From: Candidatus Gottesmanbacteria bacterium | Lineage (GTDB): Bacteria; Patescibacteriota; Microgenomatia; UBA10105; UBA927 | DNA length: 64,000 nucleotides | Reading direction: 5' to 3' | Assembly: GCA_903821745.1 (NCBI GenBank) | Contig: CAIJMI010000003.1 | Span: 22,690 to 86,689, forward strand | Shown here: positions 47,522-57,677 of the stretch, in pieces | Layout: every line of letters starts with the position of its first letter | How positions within the stretch are numbered: position 1 is the stretch's first letter | Made by a program: the position numbers and the translations under genes | Notes under the pieces: model-generated | Told to the model about the DNA's origin: nothing | Seen by the model: the letters and a program-made list of their open reading frames with translations, nothing else | Databases searched by the model: none

Positions 47522-48307
47522 TTATTCTTTCCCAATAATGACGACCACGTCATATTGAGATGCGCTTTTCAGGTTCGCTGCTGCAGACCCGATAGAATAG
47601 GAACCGGTAAGATCTGCTTGCAGGACAGAAAGGAATGCTGATTTTGAAGCAGTTACCTGGATTTCCGTTTTTGCATAATCATAGGTTTTTGCATTTCCTG
47701 TTCCTGCCACGGTATATCCTTTTTCTTCAAGCAGTGCTTTCATTTTAGAAGCAACTCCCGCAATTCCGGATCCATTTAATACTTGAATGCTTATAGATTT
47801 TCTATCAATAGTTGGCGTTGGTGTGATGGTTGGTGCAAGTGTCGGTGTTGGTGTCGTTTTAACTGCAATTGTTGGCATTTTTACACTTCCGCGACTTACG
47901 CTTATGATTACAAATCCAATAAGTGCGACAATGGCAAATACGCCAAGTGCCCAAAGCATAACTCCAATAACTGGTGATTTTTTATGAACGGTAATGTCAG
48001 GATAACCGAATGATGATGGGGAAGATGGAACAGGTTGTTCTTTTTTAGCAAAAAATTCACTTACAACTGCTTGTTGTTTTTCTTCCGGTGTTTTTTCTTC
48101 AACTACCTCCGGTGTATCTTGAATGGCTTCTGTGGGTGTCACTTCAACATCTTTTGGTTTTTCTTCCTCTTCATCCATAACTTCAACAACTTGCATGACT
48201 TGCGGTGGTGTTTCTTTCATTTCTGGTTCTTTTGTAAGGTGCTCTATTTTTTCTTCTACTGTCTCATTTTCTTTTTTGGTTTTGGCGGAGGGTGATTTTT
48301 TTACCAT
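47522..48307 (-). CDS. Membrane protein with C-terminal LytR_C domain
   Basis: 261 aa. Acidic Glu/Pro/Lys-rich cytoplasmic N-terminus, one TM, a TPTPT linker, then LytR_C-like ISIQVLNGSGIAGVASK...YDYAKTEIQV. Confidence 0.6.
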   Translation of the reverse strand: MVKKSPSAKTKKENETVEEKIEHLTKEPEMKETPPQVMQVVEVMDEEEEKPKDVEVTPTEAIQDTPEVVEEKTPEEKQQAVVSEFFAKKEQPVPSSPSSFGYPDITVHKKSPVIGVMLWALGVFAIVALIGFVIISVSRGSVKMPTIAVKTTPTPTLAPTITPTPTIDRKSISIQVLNGSGIAGVASKMKALLEEKGYTVAGTGNAKTYDYAKTEIQVTASKSAFLSVLQADLTGSYSIGSAAANLKSASQYDVVVIIGKE

Positions 48308-48408
48308 ACAATAGTAGTGTACATGGTCTCCAAAAAAAAGGAAAGCTCCCTACTTTTTTTACAAAAAGTAATAGGAGTTTTCCTAAAATACTTGTGCCGA
48401 TTCGTACA

Positions 48409-48681
48409 TTACCGAACGGCTTTTTTCAATGCTTTTCCTGCTGTAAAACCTGGGGTTTTTCGAGCTGGAATGCTGATTGGTTTACCGGTCTGTGGATTTC
48501 GTCCGGTTCGTGCTTTTCGGGATCGGATCATGAATGTTCCAAATCCTGTAACAACAACTTTATCACCTTTTTTCAGCGCATCGGTCATTGCTCCAAACAC
48601 TGTAGCCACTGATTCTCGTGCTGCTTTTGCTGTAAGACTTGCTTTCTTTGCAACAATTTCAACTAAATCTGCTTTTGTCAT
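48409..48681 (-). CDS. hup: DNA-binding protein HU
   Basis: 90 aa from ATG 48681 (MTKADLVEIVAKKASLTKA...). GGAGGTG lies upstream. The ORF track adds 33 spurious upstream codons. Confidence 0.9.
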   Translation of the reverse strand: MTKADLVEIVAKKASLTAKAARESVATVFGAMTDALKKGDKVVVTGFGTFMIRSRKARTGRNPQTGKPISIPARKTPGFTAGKALKKAVR

Positions 48682-48864
48682 AATAGTATTTTTCACCTCC
48701 TGACCGGGCAGCAAATTTTTTTCCAGACTGTTGTAACAATCTCTATGAATCACAATATGGAATTTGGATTGTACTGTCAAGATGTCAAAAAATATATCGC
48801 ACTAATACAATCCGAATCGTAATGGATTAAATGAAAAACGCGTTATGACGCGACACAAGAAAAA

Positions 48865-50436
48865 TTAGTGTGCGACTTCTATTGCGCGAAGCTCCCGGAC
48901 GACTGTCACTTTAATTTGTCCCGGAAAAGTAATTTTTTCTTCAATTTCTTCTTTTATCTTTTGCGCAATAATGGTTGCTGTTGCATCATCAACAACTCCT
49001 GGATCTACTGCCACCCGAAGTTCTCGACCTGCTTGAAATGCAAACACTTCTTTGACTCCTTCATGAGCTTTTGCAATATCTTCAAGATCCGTTAACCGCT
49101 TAATATATTCATCATAGTTTTCATACCGTGCACCAGGACGACTTCCTGATATGGCGTCCGCTATATATGTAAGCATGGATTCACTGCTGGTAAACGGAAT
49201 GTCTTCATGATGTTGTGCTACGCAGTCGATCACTGCTTGGGGTAATCCATATTTTTTCAAAAGCTCAACACCGAGCTCAATATGACTTCCCTCTTTGTCA
49301 TTGACTACTTTTCCAATGTCATGAAGTAAACACCCAAGTCTTACGATGTTTGCATCAGCTCCCACTTCTTTTGCAAGTGCAATACCAATTTTTGTTTCTT
49401 CAAGCGTATGCGCGATCATATTTTGTCCGTAAGAAAACCGGTATTTAAACCGTCCGAGTGTTGCAACAATTGGCGATGGTAAATTATATACACCAACGGC
49501 ATGACATAATTTCTGTCCTTCTTCAAACATGATGCGCTCAATTTCTTTTTTCACCTGTTCAATCACTTCTTCAATCCGTCCTGGTTGGACACGGCCATCT
49601 TTTAAGAGTCGTTCCAGTGCAACACGGGCTATCTCTCTTCGCACCGGATCAAAACAGGAAAGGCGAATCACCCCCTCTTCATCAAGATCCACATCAACTC
49701 CTGTTGCTGTTTCAAATGCACGAATATTCCGTCCTTCTTTTCCAATAATTCTTCCCTTTACATCTTCATCTGGAATTTTAATAACCGATACTGTAAATTC
49801 GGCAACATATTCTGTTGCTCCATGCCGCATCGCATCTACCAAAATTTCTCGTGCTTTGAGTTCTGACTCTTCTTTCGCTTTAATGTATGCTTCTTTAATT
49901 TCTTTTGCGATAAGCGGTTTCATTTTTTCCTGTGCTTCTTCAAGCACTAATTTCTTTGCTTCTTCACTTGTTAATCGAGCAGTTTTTTCTAACTTTGCTG
50001 AAACCTCCATTTTCATGGATTCTATATCAGTTAATCGTTTTTGTGCTGTGATCTCTCCGTCATGAACTCTTTTTTCCCGTTCTTCGATAGCACCTTCCCG
50101 TTTTCCTATCTCTTCACCATGGCGTCTTACTTCTTCTTCTGATTCTCGCTTAATACGGTATGCTTCATCTTTTGCTTCAACAATAAGCTCTCTAGCTTGT
50201 GCTTGTGCCATTGCAAGTTGCGCTTGTGCTTGTGCCTGGGCTTGCGCTTGCATCTGTTGCAACTGGGCGTTTGTTTGCTGTTCTTCTTTTTTCTTGGAAG
50301 TTGCAGATTGTGCTGGAACTGCCGCAATAGGCTGTGCTTTTCCCTGTTCGAATACTGATTTTTTTATTCCTGGCTTTGTAGATACTGTGGGGCGTGATTT
50401 TACGAGTGTTGATAAGGTTTTTAGTACGTCAAACAT
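48865..50436 (-). CDS. rny: Ribonuclease Y
   Basis: N-terminal TM, coiled-coil region with a (QA)n run, KH domain (IIGKEGRNIR), HD domain (LHDIGK). Start at ATG 50436 (MFDVLK), preceded by GGAGG. Confidence 0.9.
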   Translation of the reverse strand: MFDVLKTLSTLVKSRPTVSTKPGIKKSVFEQGKAQPIAAVPAQSATSKKKEEQQTNAQLQQMQAQAQAQAQAQLAMAQAQARELIVEAKDEAYRIKRESEEEVRRHGEEIGKREGAIEEREKRVHDGEITAQKRLTDIESMKMEVSAKLEKTARLTSEEAKKLVLEEAQEKMKPLIAKEIKEAYIKAKEESELKAREILVDAMRHGATEYVAEFTVSVIKIPDEDVKGRIIGKEGRNIRAFETATGVDVDLDEEGVIRLSCFDPVRREIARVALERLLKDGRVQPGRIEEVIEQVKKEIERIMFEEGQKLCHAVGVYNLPSPIVATLGRFKYRFSYGQNMIAHTLEETKIGIALAKEVGADANIVRLGCLLHDIGKVVNDKEGSHIELGVELLKKYGLPQAVIDCVAQHHEDIPFTSSESMLTYIADAISGSRPGARYENYDEYIKRLTDLEDIAKAHEGVKEVFAFQAGRELRVAVDPGVVDDATATIIAQKIKEEIEEKITFPGQIKVTVVRELRAIEVAH

Positions 50437-50490
50437 AGGTTTTCCTCCAATAAAATTACATTGTGTATATAAGAAACCCACGAAGATAGA

Positions 50491-50515
50491 CCGTCCCTAA
50501 GGAACCCTTAGACGG
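50491..50515 (-). terminator. Imperfect hairpin between recX and rny (candidate terminator or leader structure)
   Basis: CCGTCcCTAAGG aac CCTTAGaCGG palindrome about 55 nt upstream of the rny start. Followed on the minus strand by a moderately U-rich stretch. Confidence 0.35.
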
Positions 50516-50638
50516 ATTGGTTGGTAGGAGAAAATAATACTAAATGAATTGTCATAATCCTACAATCAATATATATCTTTCGTAACTGTTTCTTTTCGAA
50601 GGCATTTATCATCATTCTTATCTTGCTGCCTTCAATGG

Positions 50639-51145
50639 TTACGTATTGTAGTGAATTTTTACTAGTTCGTCAATGACGCTATAGATAACTGTTGAAGAAA
50701 ATCCGCGGGAAGCTAAATAGCGATACACTTTATTTTTCTGTTTCATGATGGGTAATTTTTGCCATAATCGCCATTTTTTTTCAACAACTTTTCTTGCAAG
50801 ATCACCTTCAGTTGAACCATCGATTTCTTTCTTAAAAAACTCTTTACAGATAGACTCAATAATATCAGGTTGAACACCTTTTGTTTTCAATTCAAGGCGA
50901 ATTAGGCGTTCCCCCTTCGGACGGCTTCTCATACGGCTCTCCATGAACATTCGAGCGTATGCTGCATCATCGACAAGTCGAAGCTCAGAAAGGCGTTCTA
51001 GGGCACCTACGACAGCCATTTCAGGCATGTGGAGCCGGGAAGCGCGCTTAGTAAGATACGTGCGGATTTCCGTCTCACTTCGTGGGTGAATTGAAATGTA
51101 CGCAATTGCCGCGCCGATGAGTTTTTGAAGCTGTTCGTCATCCAT
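50639..51145 (-). CDS. recX: RecA regulator RecX
   Basis: Three-repeat helical RecX fold (LTKRASRLHMPEM..., ..VDDAAYARMF..., ..YRYLASRGFS). ATG at 51145 lies 10 nt downstream of the recA stop. The ORF track TTG at 51232 would overlap recA. Confidence 0.75.
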   Translation of the reverse strand: MDDEQLQKLIGAAIAYISIHPRSETEIRTYLTKRASRLHMPEMAVVGALERLSELRLVDDAAYARMFMESRMRSRPKGERLIRLELKTKGVQPDIIESICKEFFKKEIDGSTEGDLARKVVEKKWRLWQKLPIMKQKNKVYRYLASRGFSSTVIYSVIDELVKIHYNT

Positions 51146-51155
51146 GAAAATCTTG

Positions 51156-52193
51156 TTATTCTTCCTCTTCAGCTCCGACCACGACTTTCGTCTGGACAGA
51201 TCCTGATCGGACAACCTTCCAAATTGCCTCACTTATTTCTTTGGCAACTTTCGGATTCTCACGAAGGTACGCTTTTGTGGCTTCTTTGCCTTGTCCAAGC
51301 ATTTGTGTTCCATGTTTAATAAATGCTCCAGCTTTATTCAAAATATTAAACTCTAACCCGACATCAATAAGCGCGCCTTCTTTTGAAATTCCATCATGCA
51401 TGACATCAAATTCAGCAATCCGGAATGGCGGGGCAACCTTATTTTTTACCACCCGAATCCGATGCCGACTTCCAATGACTTTATCTCCATCTTTTAATGA
51501 TTCAATTTTCCGAGAATCCAAACGGATGGATGCGTAAAATTTCATTGCCAGTCCCCCAGGAGTTGTTTCAGGGTTTCCAAACATCACACCGATTTTTTGA
51601 CGGAGCTGATTCGTAAACATAACAACGGTTTTGGACTTAGAAATGACAGATGTCAGTCTTCGAAGTGCTTGGGACATAAGTCTGGCCTGTACACCAATCA
51701 TGCTATCTCCAATGTCCCCCTCCAGCTCTGCTCGTGGCACCAACGCAGCGACGGAATCAACGACGATAACATCAATGCCACCACTTCGAATCAGTGTTTC
51801 AGCAATTTCAAGCGCTTGTTCTCCGGAGTCTGGCTGGGAAATCAGTAAGTCTTCAAGTTTTACTCCAAGTGTTTGCGCCCATTGCGGATCAAGTGCGTGC
51901 TCTGCATCTATAAATGCTGCAGTACCACCTAATTTCTGTGCTTCGGCAATAACAGATAAACATGCCGTTGTTTTTCCAGATGCTTCTGGTCCATATATCT
52001 CAACAATTCTCCCCCTCGGAATTCCACCAACACCAAGTGCTAAATCCAATGGTAAAATTCCTGTTGAAATAACATCAATGGCAAGCTTATCAGAAGATTT
52101 TTCTCCAAATCGCATAATGGATCCTTTTCCATATTGTTTTTCAATCTGATCCATAGCAAGACGAACGGCTTGAAGTTTTGCATCAACTGGCAT
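51156..52193 (-). CDS. recA: Recombinase RecA
   Basis: 345 aa: GPEASGKTT Walker A, loops L1/L2, highly conserved throughout. Confidence 0.97.
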   Translation of the reverse strand: MPVDAKLQAVRLAMDQIEKQYGKGSIMRFGEKSSDKLAIDVISTGILPLDLALGVGGIPRGRIVEIYGPEASGKTTACLSVIAEAQKLGGTAAFIDAEHALDPQWAQTLGVKLEDLLISQPDSGEQALEIAETLIRSGGIDVIVVDSVAALVPRAELEGDIGDSMIGVQARLMSQALRRLTSVISKSKTVVMFTNQLRQKIGVMFGNPETTPGGLAMKFYASIRLDSRKIESLKDGDKVIGSRHRIRVVKNKVAPPFRIAEFDVMHDGISKEGALIDVGLEFNILNKAGAFIKHGTQMLGQGKEATKAYLRENPKVAKEISEAIWKVVRSGSVQTKVVVGAEEEE

Positions 52194-52293
52194 AGTGTCT
52201 CCTATTCTTTCGGGCAGAAATTAATAAATTTTAAAACCTGAAGTGTCATACCATTTTTACATAGTGGATGATAGAATACAAGAGATCACCAAG

Positions 52294-52366
52294 CGGGATG
52301 TAGTTCAGTTGGTAGAACGCACGCATGGGGTGCGTGAGGTCTGCGGTTCAAGTCCGCACATCCCGA
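52294..52366 (+). tRNA. tRNA-Pro (anticodon GGG)
   Basis: Acceptor cgggatg/catcccg, D-arm gttc-agttggtag-gaac, anticodon stem cacgc/gcgtg with loop atGGGgt (U33, G37), T-arm tgcgg-ttcaagt-ccgca, discriminator A. Confidence 0.9.
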
Positions 52367-52471
52367 CAAATATTTTTTATCATATTCTTAATTGTGCTTT
52401 TTTTATTTATTCTTTATACTAAAATTAATCACATAATTTTATCTTTTTTCTGCCCCAACACTTTTTAGTTC

Positions 52472-53476
52472 ATGAAACCAATTTCATTCCGTAAATCTCT
52501 GTCTGCTCTCATTCTTTATTACAACGGACCAAATCACGATGATGAAGATACAAAACTTTGTGCGAAAGGAATTGCTGAGGCGCTTCGAAAACGTGGACAT
52601 GTGGTCAAAAAAATCGCCGTGACGGAAAAAAATTGGCGACGTGCAACAAAAATTCCTGGAGATGTGGTATTTAACCTTGTTGAGGACGACACATGGAAAT
52701 TATATAAATTGGTTGGACACCGTTTAGAAAAACTTCAGCGGGCACAGGTGGGTCATGATATGCTCAGTTTTCGCTATGCTATCAGCAAGGCATGGGTAAA
52801 ACGAAAAATGAAAAAGGAACATATTAGCACAGCTCCTTTTAAAATATTCAACCGCAGATCAAAAATTATTTCTGGGACACTAACCTATCCACTGATTGTC
52901 AAACCATCGAATCAACATGCTGGCATCGGTATTTCACAAGCATCCGTCGTCAATACATCAGATGAATTAAAAGAACGTGTGCAATATGTCTTTGATCATT
53001 TTCCCGGGGAGGTTATTGTTGAAAAATATATAAAAGGAAGAGAAATTCATGTGACCGTTCTTGGAAATGATGGAAACGCAATGACTCTCCCATACTGCGA
53101 AATCGGTTTTGGAAAAAAATCAAAAAAGAAATGGAATATTTACACGTATGAAGCAAAGTGGGACAAAAAATCATGGGAATATTGGAATGCTCACATTAAG
53201 TCACCTGCGAAAATATCACCAGGTCTTCATGAAAAAATCCAAGATAGTGCAACCCGTGCATATCAAGCATTTACGTGTCGGGATATTGCACGATTTGATT
53301 TTCGTATCGATGCAAAAGGAATTCCGTATATCATCGATGTAAATATAAACCCAAGTTTAAATTATTACGATCCCGAAGATGCGACCCTTGCATCTGTATA
53401 TACACTTAAATGGACATACGAACAATTTATTGAAACGATTGCCAGTACAGCGTACCAACGTGTCCTCGGATCGTAA
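52472..53476 (+). CDS. ddl: ATP-grasp ligase, D-alanine--D-alanine ligase family
   Basis: 334 aa. Central-domain YPLIVKPSNQHAGIGIS is ATP-grasp Ddl-like; C-terminal YIIDVNINPSL metal-binding region. Confidence 0.68.
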   Translation: MKPISFRKSLSALILYYNGPNHDDEDTKLCAKGIAEALRKRGHVVKKIAVTEKNWRRATKIPGDVVFNLVEDDTWKLYKLVGHRLEKLQRAQVGHDMLSFRYAISKAWVKRKMKKEHISTAPFKIFNRRSKIISGTLTYPLIVKPSNQHAGIGISQASVVNTSDELKERVQYVFDHFPGEVIVEKYIKGREIHVTVLGNDGNAMTLPYCEIGFGKKSKKKWNIYTYEAKWDKKSWEYWNAHIKSPAKISPGLHEKIQDSATRAYQAFTCRDIARFDFRIDAKGIPYIIDVNINPSLNYYDPEDATLASVYTLKWTYEQFIETIASTAYQRVLGS

Positions 53477-53479
53477 TAT

Positions 53480-53827
53480 TTATCGTACGGATACTCGTTG
53501 GAGAAAAAAAATACCAACGCCAATGCAAAAAATAGAAATGAGTGCGGAAACATTTAACATTTCTTTCATTGGAGTTTTTGTTGCCAACCCAGCGGCAAAA
53601 TATCCAAAGACTGCGGTGCCTGCAGACCAAAGAGGAAGAAATACCCGTAAAATTTGCCCTCTATCCTGTAATTTAAAAACAAATATCCAAACTACAGCTG
53701 CAGAGACGATTGCGTACAAAAGCATCCATGGATTTTTTTTATGCCCATCAAGATACTGTTGATAGAAGATATATGCGAAAAAATCTCCTAAGAAAGATAT
53801 GACAAAATAGAATATGGTTAGCACCAT
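53480..53827 (-). CDS. Polytopic small membrane protein, unknown function
   Basis: Hydrophobic ORF with 4 predicted TM helices. Start chosen at internal ATG 53827 so it does not overlap rpsI. The ORF track start at 53917 would overlap rpsI by 80 nt. Confidence 0.35.
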   Translation of the reverse strand: MVLTIFYFVISFLGDFFAYIFYQQYLDGHKKNPWMLLYAIVSAAVVWIFVFKLQDRGQILRVFLPLWSAGTAVFGYFAAGLATKTPMKEMLNVSALISIFCIGVGIFFLQRVSVR

Positions 53828-53837
53828 ACTTTTAACG

Positions 53838-54296
53838 TTATCGCTTCGGACTTTGTTTTCGAGCCCGTGCATTTCCTGCAAATCCTGCCTTTCGGCGTTC
53901 TTTCGCTCTTGGATCACGTGTCATGAAACCGCGTTTCTTTAAGATTGGTCGGAATTTTTCTTTATCTACTTTTTCGAGTGCTCTGGAAATCCCATGGATC
54001 ACTGCGCCAAGTTGACTATATAATCCACCACCATTTGTGTGAATCGTTATCGCAAATCGTCCAACCGTATTTGTCGTACGAAATGGTTCCATATACATTT
54101 TTTTGAGCACTTCTCCTGGAAAATAATTTTCAATTGGTCGATCATTAACGATGATTTCTCCCTTTTCCATTTCTTTTCCGGCAATTGTTGTTTTTTCATC
54201 TTTTACAACGTGCATCCGAATTCGAGCGGTTGATGTCTTTCTCCGACCGACTGCTTCGTAATATGAAATCTGTTCTGGTTTTGTTGTTTTTTCCAT
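53838..54296 (-). CDS. rpsI: 30S ribosomal protein S9
   Basis: YYEAVGRRKTSTARI ... C-terminal RKAGFAGNARARKQSPKR. Confidence 0.9.
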   Translation of the reverse strand: MEKTTKPEQISYYEAVGRRKTSTARIRMHVVKDEKTTIAGKEMEKGEIIVNDRPIENYFPGEVLKKMYMEPFRTTNTVGRFAITIHTNGGGLYSQLGAVIHGISRALEKVDKEKFRPILKKRGFMTRDPRAKERRKAGFAGNARARKQSPKR

Positions 54297-54299
54297 AAA

Positions 54300-54725
54300 T
54301 TAGGCGTTGATATTTTTTTGATATGGATGATTCTCATCAGCGAACAAAAATAAACGAGTGATTAATCGATCCCGAAGTTTATTCTTTGGCAACATGCCCC
54401 ACACAGCATGACGAATAATTTCTGTTGGCTTTTCTTTACGAACCTGCCAAAGTGCTTTTTCTTTTAAGCCGCCTGGAAATCCTGAAAAGTTTCCATACCT
54501 CTTTTCTTTTTCTTTCTTTCCGGTAACTTCCACGAGTGCGCAATTAATAACAACTACGGAATCGCCACAATCAAGATTTGGGACATAATTTGGTTTGCTT
54601 TTTCCAAGCAGTTTCATTGCAATTTCCGTTGCAACATGTCCCAATACTTTTCCCTTTACATCAACAAGGTGCCATGCATGGGTCAATTCTTTCTTTTTGG
54701 TAGCTTTCGTATATTGAGTTCTCAT
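54300..54725 (-). CDS. rplM: 50S ribosomal protein L13
   Basis: 141 aa with the L13 signature WHLVDVKGKVLG. Confidence 0.9.
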   Translation of the reverse strand: MRTQYTKATKKKELTHAWHLVDVKGKVLGHVATEIAMKLLGKSKPNYVPNLDCGDSVVVINCALVEVTGKKEKEKRYGNFSGFPGGLKEKALWQVRKEKPTEIIRHAVWGMLPKNKLRDRLITRLFLFADENHPYQKNINA

Positions 54726-54729
54726 ACTA

Positions 54730-55182
54730 TTACTTTTTTGCTGTTTTTTTTACTGCTTTTGCTTTTGGTTCAACTTTTTTCTCTTCAACCTTTTTTACTT
54801 CCGGTTTAATCACTTCCTGCACAATTTTTGCATCAACAAATGATAACTGCACAAGATCCCGTGCATCACTGCCGGATAATCCGTACCGCAATATTCTTGT
54901 GTATCCGCTTGTTCGAGTTGCGAAACGTGTTTTTGCATCCTCAACTAATTGTTTTGCAGCCTGTGCATTTCCGAGTTCTGCCAACACCAAACGATATGAA
55001 AATTGGTTTCCTTTTTTTGCTTTGGTAATAAGCTTCTCAATTTTTGCTCGCACAGCTATTGCTTTTGCTTTTGTTGTCTTCATGGATCCATGCTTGATAA
55101 GATCACATGCGAGATTCCGCAATAGTTGTTTGCGTTGATCTGTTGTTCGAGATAGTTTCTTTCCAAAATACGTATGACGCAT
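54730..55182 (-). CDS. rplQ: 50S ribosomal protein L17
   Basis: 150 aa: MRHTYFGKKLSRTTDQRKQLLRNL L17 N-terminus, Lys/Val/Glu-rich C-terminal extension. Confidence 0.9.
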   Translation of the reverse strand: MRHTYFGKKLSRTTDQRKQLLRNLACDLIKHGSMKTTKAKAIAVRAKIEKLITKAKKGNQFSYRLVLAELGNAQAAKQLVEDAKTRFATRTSGYTRILRYGLSGSDARDLVQLSFVDAKIVQEVIKPEVKKVEEKKVEPKAKAVKKTAKK

Positions 55183-55185
55183 ATA

Positions 55186-56106
55186 TTAGACAGTTAACGT
55201 AACACCTTTTTCCTTCAATTTTTCAGCAATAATCGTAAGTGACTTTGCACCGAGATTTTTAATCTTCATTAAATCGGCGTTAGGTGCACTCAATAGTTGT
55301 CCTATCGTTTCAATGCCACCGTTTGATAATGCATTCACGATTCTCGTTGGGATATCCAACTCTTCAATACGCATTTTCAATACTTCATCTGATACAGATG
55401 GAGAAATAACTTTTGTTTCTTCCATACCAACCACTTTTGGTTCGTAAATCTGTGCAAAATAAGAAGCAAGAATTTTTGCTGAATTTTTCAATGCTTCAAT
55501 TGGTGCTTTTGTTCCATCTGTCCAAATATCCAACACTAATTTATCAAGGTTTGTCATCCGTCCGACACGAGTTGCTTCAACACGATAATTCACACGAACG
55601 ATTGGTGTGTATAACGCATCAAGTGGGATAACACCAATTTCATCCAAGTGTTGTTCATCTGCGGTCATATATCCAAATCCTTTTTGTGCAGTAAATTCCA
55701 TGGTTAACTCGGATTTTTTATCTGCAAGTGTTCCAAGAATAAGTTCAGGATTCACGATCGTCATTCCTGCACCCGCTTCGATATCTCCTGCTGTTACAAC
55801 ACCTGGTCCTTTTTTAGAGAGAGTCATTTTTCCAGATTCCCCGCCTTCAATGGTCAGTCTGATTTTTTTGACATTCAACAGAAGCTCAACAATATCTTCT
55901 TTGAGTCCTGGAAGTGTTGCATATTGATGTTTCACGCCTTCAATTTTCACGGACGTCACTGCTGCACCAGAAAGAGACGTCAAAAGCACTCGGCGTAAAC
56001 TATTTCCAAGTGTTTGTCCGTATCCTTGTGCAAGTGGCTCGATAGAAAATCGTCCATATGCTTTTTCTTCAACTTCTGGTTTAATCAAAAAATTTGGATC
56101 TGCCAT
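55186..56106 (-). CDS. rpoA: DNA-directed RNA polymerase alpha subunit
   Basis: N-terminal dimerisation domain and C-terminal alpha-CTD (HhH). ATG 56106 preceded by AAGGAGG with a 6-nt spacer. The ORF track start 56145 is likely spurious. Confidence 0.93.
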   Translation of the reverse strand: MADPNFLIKPEVEEKAYGRFSIEPLAQGYGQTLGNSLRRVLLTSLSGAAVTSVKIEGVKHQYATLPGLKEDIVELLLNVKKIRLTIEGGESGKMTLSKKGPGVVTAGDIEAGAGMTIVNPELILGTLADKKSELTMEFTAQKGFGYMTADEQHLDEIGVIPLDALYTPIVRVNYRVEATRVGRMTNLDKLVLDIWTDGTKAPIEALKNSAKILASYFAQIYEPKVVGMEETKVISPSVSDEVLKMRIEELDIPTRIVNALSNGGIETIGQLLSAPNADLMKIKNLGAKSLTIIAEKLKEKGVTLTV

Positions 56107-56122
56107 AATTTTCCTCCTTTTA

Positions 56123-56743
56123 TTACCGTGAATAGAATTCAACAATTAATTGTTCTTGAATGTCTTCTTGTACATCGGATCGCTCAGGAAGTCGTGCAAC
56201 TTTCCCTGCTGGTCCTTTACGTTCTACCCACGCTGCCATAATTGGGCTTTTTTCATCCATAAGTTTTTTAATTGATGGAATTTCCATTCCTTTTACATCA
56301 AGGGTAATCACGTCATCAACATTTACGCGATATGATGGAATGTTTAACATTTTTCCATTGACCAACACATGTCCATGACTTACACATTGTCTTGCTGCTG
56401 CACGTGTTGGTGCAATATTCATCCGGAACAATACGTTATCCAGTCGTCGTTCCAAAAATTCCAATAGTTTATCTCCGGTATTCCCTTTCCATTTTTTTGC
56501 TTCCGCAAAAACTTTTCTAAATTGTTTTTCCATAACACCATAAATCCGTTTTACTTTTTGTTTCTCCCGAAGTTGTATTCCATATCCTGTGACTTTTTTT
56601 CTTCCTTTTACTCCATGCTGTCCAGGAATAATAGTAAGTCGTTTTAACATCGATGCATGCGCATGAGATCCAACAGTTTTCAATCCGAGATCCATACCTT
56701 CTCGACGTGCTAATCTATTTTTTGGTCCTGTATATCGTCCCAT
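56123..56743 (-). CDS. rpsD: 30S ribosomal protein S4
   Basis: MGRYTGPKNRLARREG S4 N-terminus followed by an S4 RNA-binding domain. Confidence 0.95.
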   Translation of the reverse strand: MGRYTGPKNRLARREGMDLGLKTVGSHAHASMLKRLTIIPGQHGVKGRKKVTGYGIQLREKQKVKRIYGVMEKQFRKVFAEAKKWKGNTGDKLLEFLERRLDNVLFRMNIAPTRAAARQCVSHGHVLVNGKMLNIPSYRVNVDDVITLDVKGMEIPSIKKLMDEKSPIMAAWVERKGPAGKVARLPERSDVQEDIQEQLIVEFYSR

Positions 56744-56745
56744 AA

Positions 56746-57117
56746 TTAGACTCTCCTCTTTTTCTTCGGCCGTACTCCGTTATGTGGAATCGGTGTGACA
56801 TCTGCAATAAGCGTAATATTCAGTCCTACTGCGCGAAGTGCGCGAAGTGCTGCATCCCGACCAGCACCTGGTCCTTTAATGAAGACTTCAACTTCCCGCA
56901 TGCCATTATCCATTGCTTTTCGTCCAATTGATTCCATTGCAGATGTTGCTGCAAATGGCGTTGCTTTTCTTGCCCCCTTAAATCCAACCAAGCCGGATGA
57001 ACTCCAATACATGGCATTTCCATCCATATCGGTAATCGTTACTAATGTATTGTTAAACGTTGCCGTAATAAATACTTTTCCCCGTTCAACGACTTTTTGT
57101 GCTTTTGCTGTTGCCAT
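56746..57117 (-). CDS. rpsK: 30S ribosomal protein S11
   Basis: 123 aa, conserved S11 core. Confidence 0.95.
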   Translation of the reverse strand: MATAKAQKVVERGKVFITATFNNTLVTITDMDGNAMYWSSSGLVGFKGARKATPFAATSAMESIGRKAMDNGMREVEVFIKGPGAGRDAALRALRAVGLNITLIADVTPIPHNGVRPKKKRRV

Positions 57118-57130
57118 AAATTATTTTCCT

Positions 57131-57547
57131 TTATTTCTTTGGTGCTTCTGCTGTTTTTGTCTCTACTTTTGCGCGGTCATCTTTTTTCATTGCTCCAACA
57201 GTCAGTCTTCGTCCTCGTTGTGTACGAGCGTTAGAACGTGTCCGTTGTCCTCGAGATGGCAATTTGTGAGTATGTCGGGATCCGCGATATGATCCAATCT
57301 CTCGAAGTCGTTTAATATTGGAAGCAATCAGCTGTCGAAGGTTTCCTTCTACGGTGCAGGTTTTTTCAATGACTTTTGCTAAATGGCTGATTTCTTCGTC
57401 AGTAAGAGTTTTTGCTCGGCGGGAGGGATTAATGTTGGCAGCTTTCATTACAGCAGAAACGTTTGTTCTTCCGATACCATAAATATAGGTTAAAGCGATA
57501 TCAAGTCGCTTTTCATTTGGTATATCAACTCCTGCAATACGTGCCAT
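57131..57547 (-). CDS. rpsM: 30S ribosomal protein S13
   Basis: MARIAGVDIPNEKR S13 N-terminus at ATG 57547. Basic C-terminal extension. Confidence 0.9.
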   Translation of the reverse strand: MARIAGVDIPNEKRLDIALTYIYGIGRTNVSAVMKAANINPSRRAKTLTDEEISHLAKVIEKTCTVEGNLRQLIASNIKRLREIGSYRGSRHTHKLPSRGQRTRSNARTQRGRRLTVGAMKKDDRAKVETKTAEAPKK

Positions 57548-57557
57548 AATAATTGTT

Positions 57558-57671
57558 TTATCCTTGTCGTTGTTTGTGTTTTGGATTTTCACAAATCACA
57601 AACACTCGTCCACGTCTGCGGACAAGTTTACATTTATTACACATTGTTTTTACGCTTGCTCGGACTTTCAT
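57558..57671 (-). CDS. rpmJ: 50S ribosomal protein L36
   Basis: 37 aa [37 protein letters not shown] with a C-x2-C...C-x4-H zinc ribbon. Absent from the ORF track because it is under 60 aa. Confidence 0.85.
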   Translation of the reverse strand: MKVRASVKTMCNKCKLVRRRGRVFVICENPKHKQRQG

Positions 57672-57677
57672 ATATTT

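Noticed and set aside
49529-52149. Long antisense ORFs inside rny (49529-50065, 178 aa) and recA (51631-52149, 172 aa; 51241-51537, 98 aa)
   Set aside because: They are Ser/Ala/Thr-rich mirror frames of highly conserved genes. Such shadow ORFs are expected opposite GC-richer coding DNA and have no start context.
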